The notes below the pieces were generated by a model, which was not told the origin of the DNA, searched no databases, and saw nothing but the letters and a program-made list of their open reading frames with translations. A program made the translations under genes and the position numbers. Shown here piece after piece: positions 56,747 to 64,000 of a stretch of DNA of 64,000 nt. Position 1 is the stretch's first letter. Each line of letters opens with the position of its first letter. Source of the DNA: a virus; IMG/VR virus record IMGVR_UViG_3300037245_000806, positions 64,001-128,000 of that record, one strand, 5' to 3'.

Positions 56747-57738
56747 CCCTTTGCCCCTTTCAAGATTTCGAGCCCCAATTCAAGAAGCTCAGCCTCGTCA
56801 CGTCCCTGAAACTCCATGTAGCGTCCAAGGACTTCCTCGTTCGTGTCCTTCGTGTGAACTGCAATCCGTGGTGCCTGCTCGTCGGTCTCGACGAGCGTGC
56901 CCTCGACCCAGCCGGTCTTACCCTGTGCGGCCTCAATAGCTGCAAGAGCGGCCTTGGGGTCAGAGGTCTTAACCCGCACGAAGTCACGCTTCCCCACCTG
57001 CGACACGTCGTCGTCAACCAAGATATGAAACTCGGGACTCACGTTGTTGTAATGGCACTTCCACTTGCCCGTCTTCGAGTCCACCACATAGAAGCCGCGC
57101 TTCTGCCCGGCGTCCCTGAAGTCGATCTGAAGCGGCGAGCCCACGTAGCGTACATTCGGAGTAATCACCTTGGGCTCGTGGACGTCACCAAGGAAGACGT
57201 GCCTGAACCGCTTCGGGCACAGGTACGAGAGCGGCACACCCTTGCCTTTGTAGCCTGCCTCCTCAAGGAGCACGTGGCTCAGGAGGTATTCGGACCCGTG
57301 CTTCTTTGACATTGTGTCAACGGCCTTGCGGTACGCGTCGATGTCCTCAGTCCATGGGACCAGCAGGAACTCATCGAAGGTATCCGGCGTCTCGATCACG
57401 TGCGTATAGCCCCGGAAGACCTGAAGGCTATTTCGTTCCGGTGACCGCAGCAGCGCGTCGTGGTTCCCAACGAGCACCACGACATTCTCCAACACCGTCG
57501 CGGCCTCATAGAACTCCCGGCATACAATGTCGAGCACGCCGAGCGGAATCTCCGTGCGCGAGTTGAATATGTCGCCTATGACGAATATACCTTCGCAGCC
57601 TTCCGCAACGCTCGTCTTGACGATCCAGCGCCAGCACTCAATAAGGTCGATCAGGCGCGTAGTCAGCCCGCTGGGGTGCAACGTCGAGAGGCGTGAGTAT
57701 TCATCAAATTGCAGGTCTGCCGTGATAGCCCACTTCAT
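56743..57738 (-). CDS. Mre11/SbcD-like (T4 gp47-like) metallophosphoesterase nuclease
   Basis: TADLQ, GDIF, GNHD, LGDVH, YVGSPLQIDF.D. Confidence 0.92.
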   Translation of the reverse strand: MKWAITADLQFDEYSRLSTLHPSGLTTRLIDLIECWRWIVKTSVAEGCEGIFVIGDIFNSRTEIPLGVLDIVCREFYEAATVLENVVVLVGNHDALLRSPERNSLQVFRGYTHVIETPDTFDEFLLVPWTEDIDAYRKAVDTMSKKHGSEYLLSHVLLEEAGYKGKGVPLSYLCPKRFRHVFLGDVHEPKVITPNVRYVGSPLQIDFRDAGQKRGFYVVDSKTGKWKCHYNNVSPEFHILVDDDVSQVGKRDFVRVKTSDPKAALAAIEAAQGKTGWVEGTLVETDEQAPRIAVHTKDTNEEVLGRYMEFQGRDEAELLELGLEILKGAKG

Positions 57739-58403
57739 GCCAACATCCCTTCAATGCGCGGGAGGAACGCAGCCACTGTCGGAATCAGCTGCTTCAAGTC
57801 ACGCAGCGCCTTCGCGTCAAACCAGTACCATTCATCCGTCTTGTCCTTCTCCTTCGAGAAAGGCACCACACCGTCAGGCACGTAACAGCGGACCAGCGCG
57901 GCAATGTAGTGATGGTCTTCACCATCGACCACGTGCTCATTCCAGCCGATCAACTCCGTGCCCGTCGCGACCAGACCGGTCTCCTCCTCAAGCTCCCGGC
58001 ACGCGGTCTTCTCAGCGCTCTCACGCCACTCCACGTGCCCGCCCGGAGGAGCCCACCAGCCTTTCAAGCCACCGGCCAGCCGCTTCCCCAACAGGATACG
58101 CCCGCCCGAGATCACCAAGCAACCAGCGCCCACCTTCGGCTGTTTCAGACCATCGCGGTCGTCGCCGCGCCAGTGGTTGCGAAGCCCGTTGATACACGCG
58201 CCTGTATGCCACGCGCACAGAAGCATGATCCCCCACTGCTTGTTCAAGTAGGTAGTGATCCACCAGAAAGGTTGGTTCAACAGACTCGCCAAGAAACCCC
58301 ACCGCTTCACCTTCCGGCGCTTCATACTGACCAAGAGTGCGCCAGTAGTGCCAAGGATCACGATGCCAATCTGGCATATGAGTTCAAGCGTCTTCACAGT
58401 CAC
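57735..58403 (-). CDS. membrane domain (PnuC-like fragment) fused to Nudix hydrolase
   Basis: GTG after GGAGG; 2-3 TM helices (WGFLASLLNQPFW...QWG...NG..NHW), then PGGHVEWRES...ACRELEEETG. Confidence 0.8.
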   Translation of the reverse strand: MTVKTLELICQIGIVILGTTGALLVSMKRRKVKRWGFLASLLNQPFWWITTYLNKQWGIMLLCAWHTGACINGLRNHWRGDDRDGLKQPKVGAGCLVISGGRILLGKRLAGGLKGWWAPPGGHVEWRESAEKTACRELEEETGLVATGTELIGWNEHVVDGEDHHYIAALVRCYVPDGVVPFSKEKDKTDEWYWFDAKALRDLKQLIPTVAAFLPRIEGMLA

Positions 58404-58404
58404 A

Positions 58405-59673
58405 TCAAACCTCCACGCTCTTGCAATACGCCACGATGGCTGGGTCAACACTGACGTGCCGCGCCTGCATGGGCTCTGTGAGTCTGAGCCCTGCGAGCGA
58501 ACGCACACGCGAAAGCGCCACGTATGCCTGCCCCGGCGCGAAGCACTCGGACACGTCGCATTCGAGTAGATCGAGCGTCATGCCCTGAGACTTGTGAATC
58601 GTCAGAGCCCACGCGAGCTTGACGGGGAATTGCTTGAGACTGGCCAGCTGCTTATCGTTGGCGTCCTTCAAATCCCACGTCATTGGAACAACCCCGACGA
58701 CATTTCCATCAGGCTTCCGCACCCATATCGTGTCGTCGTCCATCCGTTCTACGACGCCACGCTCCCCGTTCACAAATTCACGCTCGTAGTCATTCCACAG
58801 GAAGATCACCGGGGCACCGACCTTCAATTCGAGGAACGTCTCGGCGAGGCAGTCACGCACCAAACGCTCCGCGTACTGGTCCTCACCCCAAAGCTCAGCC
58901 TCATACTCCTTGGCCTCACCCTCGAACGCCTTGAGGTGCTGATAATTCACCATGGACGCGGCGTCATTGCGTGCGTATAAGCACGTAGGCTCATCACCAT
59001 CACCCAACTCGGCACCAACACGGGAATTGAAATACGCTAGGACTGAGGCGTCAGTGTTGCCATACCGAACACGACTAAGCGCGGCGACAAACTCAGCGTC
59101 GTCCTGTCGGAAGACTTTGGACAGCACGTGGACTTCAGGCTCGACCAACAGCCATGAGGATGCCTGAAACGCATACGGGTACTCGACCTCGTCGGCACGC
59201 TTGGAGACCGGAGGGAGTTGCAAGAAGTCACCCGTGAAGATTACCTGAATCCCCCCAAAAGGCTTCTTGGAGACCCGTATTCGCTTGAGCCAGAAGTTTA
59301 TCATGTCGATGTAGTCACCAGAAAGCATGGAGACCTCGTCGATGATGAGCACCTGACAGGCCTTCACGCGCTCACACATCTCGCCGAAGTTCTTCACCCG
59401 GCGGCTGTTCAGGAGCACACTAGCTTCCGCCTTGTTCTTCTTGATCTGTGTCCCGAGCCACGAGTGAATCGTGCAGCCACTCACGCGGATAGCTGCAATG
59501 CCCGTGGACGCGGTGACGGCAACCCGCTTGGTCCCGCCAAGCTGCTCGATGATCTCCTCGACCAGCACTGACTTCCCCGTCCCGCCGGGTCCAGTGATGA
59601 AGATATTCCTACCCGCAAGCGCTGCGGCGAGCGCGGCCTCTTGGCCGTCGCTGAGTACAATTTTAGACCCCAT
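58405..59673 (-). CDS. Pif1/RecD-like SF1B DNA helicase
   Basis: TGPGGTGKS, TASTGIAA, DEVSML, GDFLQLPPV, FRQ, LAWALTIHKSQGMTL, GQAYVALSR. Confidence 0.95.
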   Translation of the reverse strand: MGSKIVLSDGQEAALAAALAGRNIFITGPGGTGKSVLVEEIIEQLGGTKRVAVTASTGIAAIRVSGCTIHSWLGTQIKKNKAEASVLLNSRRVKNFGEMCERVKACQVLIIDEVSMLSGDYIDMINFWLKRIRVSKKPFGGIQVIFTGDFLQLPPVSKRADEVEYPYAFQASSWLLVEPEVHVLSKVFRQDDAEFVAALSRVRYGNTDASVLAYFNSRVGAELGDGDEPTCLYARNDAASMVNYQHLKAFEGEAKEYEAELWGEDQYAERLVRDCLAETFLELKVGAPVIFLWNDYEREFVNGERGVVERMDDDTIWVRKPDGNVVGVVPMTWDLKDANDKQLASLKQFPVKLAWALTIHKSQGMTLDLLECDVSECFAPGQAYVALSRVRSLAGLRLTEPMQARHVSVDPAIVAYCKSVEV

Positions 59674-60058
59674 CTGGTAACTCCTCCACAACGTGTACAG
59701 GGATATTAAGCGGTCCAGTGAACTGCGGCGCTTTCAGGTACGCATGCCCGGTCTCGTAGTTATAGTGGAAGCCGCCGCCAAGCTGACGCACTGTCGCGCC
59801 AAACACTTGCAGCAAATCCCATACGTCCAAAGTGCTGAGTTCGCCCTCCTTCGGGAGTCGCGTCGATGCGCCCCGAAGCGCTTTCTCCGCGAAGGCGCTC
59901 GCCCAACACGCCCGGCAGCAATCACCAGACTCGACGTCCTCAGGCTTGCACGGGCCTCTTGGTGCGAGGAGATTACTGCACTCCCACTTCACCATCTCCG
60001 TGAGGTCTGCGCGCCTGACGGCGAGGAGCCTACGTGGGTTCTTTTGTTCGTTCTTCAT
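59663..60058 (-). CDS. Cys-rich hypothetical protein, paralogue of 60030-60398
   Basis: DL..M..W.C......GPC.P..V..GDCC.AC...AFAE..L. Confidence 0.7.
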   Translation of the reverse strand: MKNEQKNPRRLLAVRRADLTEMVKWECSNLLAPRGPCKPEDVESGDCCRACWASAFAEKALRGASTRLPKEGELSTLDVWDLLQVFGATVRQLGGGFHYNYETGHAYLKAPQFTGPLNIPVHVVEELPDGV

Positions 60059-60398
60059 ATACCAATCCAATGGGCATCACCACGTAGCGCCGCATCGCAC
60101 CTATCCCGGCCTTCTCGACCGCATCATCTTCCGCCTGTGTCCGTGTCGAATGTACGCCTTTGAATTCGAGCGAATTCGCAACAAGCTCGAAAACAGCATG
60201 CCTCCGCAACACGAGCACGTGGGGAGGCCTGTCAGCTTCTAGCAGCATCCGCTCTGCGAACGCACGCCCCTTGCACGCACAGCAGCAATCGCCAGCGCTT
60301 ACAGCGTCCGGGGTACACGGCCCCTGCTTCGCAGGATGCTCGCACTTCCACCGCGACATCCGCACGAGGTCGTCACGCTCGATCTCAACCTTGGGCAT
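60030..60398 (-). CDS. Cys-rich hypothetical protein
   Basis: Same module as 59663-60058; AAGGAGGAG RBS. Confidence 0.7.
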   Translation of the reverse strand: MPKVEIERDDLVRMSRWKCEHPAKQGPCTPDAVSAGDCCCACKGRAFAERMLLEADRPPHVLVLRRHAVFELVANSLEFKGVHSTRTQAEDDAVEKAGIGAMRRYVVMPIGLVYEERTKEPT

Positions 60399-60565
60399 TC
60401 TTCTCCTCCTTGAGTATAGACCCGAGCGTCGGGAGCGAGAGCGCAATAGGCCACGTCGCCCACCACGGGTGGTCGCACAGTATGAGGGCCAGAGCGGTTG
60501 CAGAAAGACCGAGGAGGCAGATGGTCAGTGCCGCGTAGCGTGCGCCGAGTCGTCGTAACACAGTG

Positions 60566-61504
60566 TTACCGATCTAGGAGAATCCTGTACCTGTGATTGC
60601 CAATGACCGCTTCGCTGTCACCGACCCACGTGGCCGGAATCATGACAGTCTTGCCCTTCATCGCCTTGTACCGCCCGTCGCGATATGTTCGAGAATGCCG
60701 CCTGCGTTCGTGCGGGCGCTTGGGGCCATGAGCTTCGAGCGGCGGTAGGTTCAACCGCTTCCTGATCTCACTCGGCCTGAGGAGTGTATACGTCGGGCGG
60801 TCATGCCGCCTGCGGATACGCTCCTTGTGCTTCCCCTTGCGCGCCTGTCGCTTCCTGTGCCGTTCCGCTGCCTTGAGCGGACTGTCCTCGACAATGAAAC
60901 GATTCGGGGAGTTGAAGTAGAAGACCTCCTGAAGCCCCACGTTCACGTTCCGCAGGATGGGGGGCGTCATCAGCTTGAGGCTCTCTTGATCCTTAGGGCG
61001 GCTTGCTATGTCAACGCCAATGATGCCGTCTGCCTTTGTGGCCAACGCTGACCACAACACCATGCCCATGAAGTCAATCGGGCCTTCAGGATTCAGCTTC
61101 ACCGGGCCGAAGCGACCTTCGCTGATAAGCACGGAACCCTCGGGGTAGCCTTCGATCACTTTCTTGATCGCGGCTGCCTCCTCCGGGTCGTCACCTTCCA
61201 CAAAGGCGTCCACATGCCACGCGTCTATGGGTTCAATCTCAAGGAACCCGCGCTCGCCGCTGAGCCCCTCTTGATCCTTCTCGGTATCCCACAGGACAGT
61301 ACACGTCGCCTTGTCCTCGACGGCCATGGTCGGAAAGGGCAGGAAGAAATGCTCGTGGAGCATGGCAACAGTCTCCACGTCGCTATGCTTCGGTAGCACG
61401 TCCTGCGCCCTCGCGTCGAACAGGAAGACGCGCGCTTGCTCCATGCGCTTAATGACCGCCGGTATGTGTCGTTCAATGATGCCCGCAGCTTGATCAAAGA
61501 TCAT
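60566..61504 (-). CDS. conserved phage protein with C-terminal PH.RRRH.R motif
   Basis: FFLPF...VE N-terminal motif; RPHERRRHSR...IPATWVG. Confidence 0.75.
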   Translation of the reverse strand: MIFDQAAGIIERHIPAVIKRMEQARVFLFDARAQDVLPKHSDVETVAMLHEHFFLPFPTMAVEDKATCTVLWDTEKDQEGLSGERGFLEIEPIDAWHVDAFVEGDDPEEAAAIKKVIEGYPEGSVLISEGRFGPVKLNPEGPIDFMGMVLWSALATKADGIIGVDIASRPKDQESLKLMTPPILRNVNVGLQEVFYFNSPNRFIVEDSPLKAAERHRKRQARKGKHKERIRRRHDRPTYTLLRPSEIRKRLNLPPLEAHGPKRPHERRRHSRTYRDGRYKAMKGKTVMIPATWVGDSEAVIGNHRYRILLDR

Positions 61505-61526
61505 TTTTTACCGCCTCACACGATAG

Positions 61527-61570
61527 AATGTACAGGGACACACGCGCCACGTCAAGATGTTTTTCGCGTC
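61527..61570 (-). promoter_or_regulatory. promoter TTGACG-17-TACATT with upstream GCGAAAAA box
   Basis: -35 61550-61555, -10 61527-61532. Confidence 0.65.
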
Positions 61571-62544
61571 ACGCTAAACTTTTTTGCTGACCGCCGGAAC
61601 GGTTGGTCGTACCGGTCGGGCGCACCGATGATCGATTGAAGGTCCAGCTTCTTACACAGACGTAGGAAGCCGAGCTTCTGCACATCCGGCACCCAATTGA
61701 CCAGTTGCTTCGTCAGGCCCTCCGTGCCACCGAACGACCGGCGCAAGTCGATTGCCTTCACGACACGCTTGAGGTAATCGATATTCTCGTACAGTGACTT
61801 CTCGAATTTCCTCGGCTTCGGTCGCTGTGCTGCGCGATTGCGAAGCACGCAGAGTTGGGCCGTAGTTGACATCCGCTCGAAGCCCTTGACATGCTCCGTG
61901 GCCTCTAGGATGAGTTCCTTAGCGCGCTTGTCGCCACACCCGGAGCAACCAGCAATTGAGTCTGACGGGTCACCCACGAGAGTCTTGTACAGCAGATAGG
62001 TCGAAGACTCGACACCGGTAATCTCGGCGAAATTGTCCGCGTCGATCCATCGCTTCTTGTTGAGGTCATAGACGCGAGCACCCCACTCCACCATCTGCCA
62101 GAGGTCTTTGTCCCCGGACATCACAACCGGCGTGCCGAAATGCTTCAGGCATATCGACGCCACCGCGCCGACAACATCATCGGCTTCCCGCTCTGTGTAA
62201 CTGATGCAGAGCACCCCGAGCTTCTCCATCATTTTGCGCGCCAACCCAATCTGAGTGAACGCGCTTGCCTTCTCCTCCTCAGTCAGGAGCTTCTTTCGCT
62301 CCTCACGCTTGCACTTGTAGTCGGGCAGAAGCTCTAGCCGACGCTTGGGGATACCCGCGTCGAAGCACGCGACAATGGGGCCTGAGTACCTCCCCTCCGG
62401 TGACTCCAAGAAAGCGCGAAGCGTGTTGAGCGCACCGTAGACGCCCCCGGTGAATTGCCCGCCCGCCTTGAGGTCGTCCAGAGCGGTCGCCATTATGCAG
62501 CGCTTAATCAGGCTGTTCGCGTCGATCACCAGAGGCATGGGCAT
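61552..62544 (-). CDS. 5'-3' exonuclease/FEN (T4 RNase H/PolA 5' domain-like)
   Basis: VIDAN, CFD, YK..R, EADDV, SGDKDL.Q, LVGD.SD.I.G..G.G.K.A. Confidence 0.93.
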   Translation of the reverse strand: MPMPLVIDANSLIKRCIMATALDDLKAGGQFTGGVYGALNTLRAFLESPEGRYSGPIVACFDAGIPKRRLELLPDYKCKREERKKLLTEEEKASAFTQIGLARKMMEKLGVLCISYTEREADDVVGAVASICLKHFGTPVVMSGDKDLWQMVEWGARVYDLNKKRWIDADNFAEITGVESSTYLLYKTLVGDPSDSIAGCSGCGDKRAKELILEATEHVKGFERMSTTAQLCVLRNRAAQRPKPRKFEKSLYENIDYLKRVVKAIDLRRSFGGTEGLTKQLVNWVPDVQKLGFLRLCKKLDLQSIIGAPDRYDQPFRRSAKKFSVTRKTS

Positions 62545-62574
62545 TGGGATGCTCCTATACAGCGGGGCAGACAG

Positions 62575-62606
62575 TAAGAAGGGGGGCAACCTCTCGGCTG
62601 CCCCCC
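62575..62606 (-). terminator. intrinsic terminator after parB
   Basis: GGGGGGCAGCC-GAGA-GGTTGCCCCCC followed by TTCTT. Confidence 0.65.
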
Positions 62607-62630
62607 TCCGTGATACCGCAGAAGGCGAGC

Positions 62631-63773
62631 CTACTCCTCAGTCTCGTCCTCGGTCTCAGGCTTGTGCTTGCTGGCGGCATCGGCGACGTGCTCTTTGAAC
62701 GCCTTGAGCGCGGCCTTGCCAGCCTTGGTCTTGTCGTCCAACTCGGGCGGGAACGGCGAGTCAATTGCGCCCCGATCCCACAGGAGGGTCGCCGCGACGG
62801 CACAACTCACGTGATACTCGGTCGTGCCGATCTCGTCGCCCTTCGCCTTGTGTACGATATCGCTGACCAGCCGTAGCATCGTCTCCTTCTCACGGCTGCC
62901 CTTCCGCACCTTGAGGGCGGCATCGCGAGCCGCACCCTTGAGGTGCTGCGCGGACTTGCCCGGCGTGGGGGCGTTGTCCGCTTTCGCGGTCTTCTTGGCG
63001 AGCTTCTTGATGGCTGCCGCAGACATGCCGGGCTCAAGCGCGTCCTTGAACTCCTGCTTGCCACGCGTCTTGCCGTCAACCTTCGTCAGTTCGAGACCGG
63101 CGATGAGCGACATCGCGCCCGACTCGACGTGCTCCTGCACATCCTTCGGTGCGCCCATCAGCGTCATACACCTGCGAATCTTGCTGACGTGTAGCCCCGT
63201 CTCCTGCGCGATGCGGGGGAAGCCCCACTCGTGCTTCGTGGCGAGTTCGTTGACGACGCGCCCGATTTCTATCGGGTTCAGGTTCGTCCTGCCCTCTTCC
63301 GAGTTCTCAGCGACAGCAACCGCGCGGGCGCTCGCATCTTCGGATTCGAGGTCCATACGTATCGTGACCGCAAGCTCAGTCAGGCCGAGCAGGTCACTGG
63401 CGCGCAGACGACGCTCACCGGCGACGAGCAGGAAGGAGCCGGGCTTGTCGAGCGCGGGCCGCACGACGAGAGGGCTGAGCAGGCCGTTCTTCTTGATGGA
63501 CTTGGCGAGCGGTTCGAGGTCGGTGACCACGGTGCGGGGGTTGAACCCCTGCACGATCTTGATGACCTTGCGGGGCAACATCGTGACGATGGACCCCTTG
63601 CCCTTCAAGGCCTTCTTCACGTCGCCAACGGACAGCGTCACGCCGTGTAGCTCGACCGGTACAACCGGCGCGGACTTCCCCGTCTTCGCAGCGTTACTCG
63701 GCTTGGCGACCGTCTTCTTCGCCACCTTCTTCTTCGCCACCTTCTTCTTCCCCGTCTTCTTCTCCACAGCCAT
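62631..63773 (-). CDS. parB: ParB/Spo0J-like CTPase DNA-binding protein with Lys-rich N-terminus
   Basis: FNPR, LA.SIKKNGLL.PLVVR, VAGERRLRA, AENS...R.NLNPIE, HTH. Confidence 0.88.
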   Translation of the reverse strand: MAVEKKTGKKKVAKKKVAKKTVAKPSNAAKTGKSAPVVPVELHGVTLSVGDVKKALKGKGSIVTMLPRKVIKIVQGFNPRTVVTDLEPLAKSIKKNGLLSPLVVRPALDKPGSFLLVAGERRLRASDLLGLTELAVTIRMDLESEDASARAVAVAENSEEGRTNLNPIEIGRVVNELATKHEWGFPRIAQETGLHVSKIRRCMTLMGAPKDVQEHVESGAMSLIAGLELTKVDGKTRGKQEFKDALEPGMSAAAIKKLAKKTAKADNAPTPGKSAQHLKGAARDAALKVRKGSREKETMLRLVSDIVHKAKGDEIGTTEYHVSCAVAATLLWDRGAIDSPFPPELDDKTKAGKAALKAFKEHVADAASKHKPETEDETEE

Positions 63774-63836
63774 TTTGCGTCCTCCCTTTCAGCGGTCTGA
63801 GGGCGACCCCTGTCACCCCCTGTTCTTCATTGCGGA

Positions 63837-63865
63837 AGTATGCCATAATCTTAACACAGTGTCAA
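63837..63865 (-). promoter_or_regulatory. parB promoter TTGACA-17-CATACT overlapped by palindrome
   Basis: -35 63860-63865, -10 63837-63842; TAACACAGTGTCA 63852-63864. Confidence 0.75.
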
Positions 63866-64000
63866 GAAACTTTTGCCGTATCAGACGAAAAAGTTTATGG
63901 CGCTATACAGCCCCTGCGGGCTTATACTCATTCGTCTTCGTCTTCGTCCTCGTCGTCGTCGTCACTAAATTTCATATGCTCTTTCTGAATCGCCGCAGTG

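Larger units (their letters stand above)
13868..63864. repeat. dispersed 13-bp palindrome TRACACAGTGTYA (9 exact copies)
   Basis: 13868, 26287, 34779, 36889, 40414, 43472, 51651, 60556, 63852. Confidence 0.9.

Noticed and set aside
13868-63864. Palindromes as CRISPR repeats or integron attC/recombination sites
   Set aside because: Only 13 bp, kilobases apart, three lie inside CDSs, and no cas, integrase or recombinase gene is in the window.
1-64000. Alternative genetic code
   Set aside because: Conserved genes are full length in the standard code and end in TAA, TAG and TGA.

Overview
A 64-kb, GC-rich segment of a large tailed dsDNA phage (T4-like portal and head module; jumbo-phage-like organisation). 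Essentially every credible gene is on the minus strand. Read in the transcription direction (right to left): ParB, 5'-3' exonuclease, Pif1-like helicase, two Nudix proteins, an Mre11/Rad50 (gp47/gp46-like) pair, Holliday resolvase, HU, small and large terminase, T4-gp20-like portal, a second HU/IHF, a head-morphogenesis protein, ThyX, a tRNA-like RNA, Tmk, an HNH endonuclease, two very large modular proteins (2081 aa and ~976 aa), a 12-kb tail-fibre/adsorption and possible lysis block, many small accessory genes, a MazG-like pyrophosphatase, a DUF3326-like protein, a Gp88-like protein and a putative ADP-ribosyltransferase. Most notable: (1) the two giant proteins are strings of ~55-110 aa basic domains joined by acidic E-[S/G/D]-[I/L/V]-D-E linkers that match T4-type prohead-protease sites, so they are candidate capsid-packaged polyproteins that release about 25 small effectors; (2) a 13-bp palindrome TRACACAGTGTYA occurs at least 9 times, overlapping stop codons and the -35 boxes of the parB and polyprotein promoters; (3) a second fixed-position promoter box CCATGCGAAAAAA; (4) a 582-aa protein that looks like a patchwork of short motifs from conserved phage proteins. 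All family assignments come from motif recognition by eye; no searches were run.
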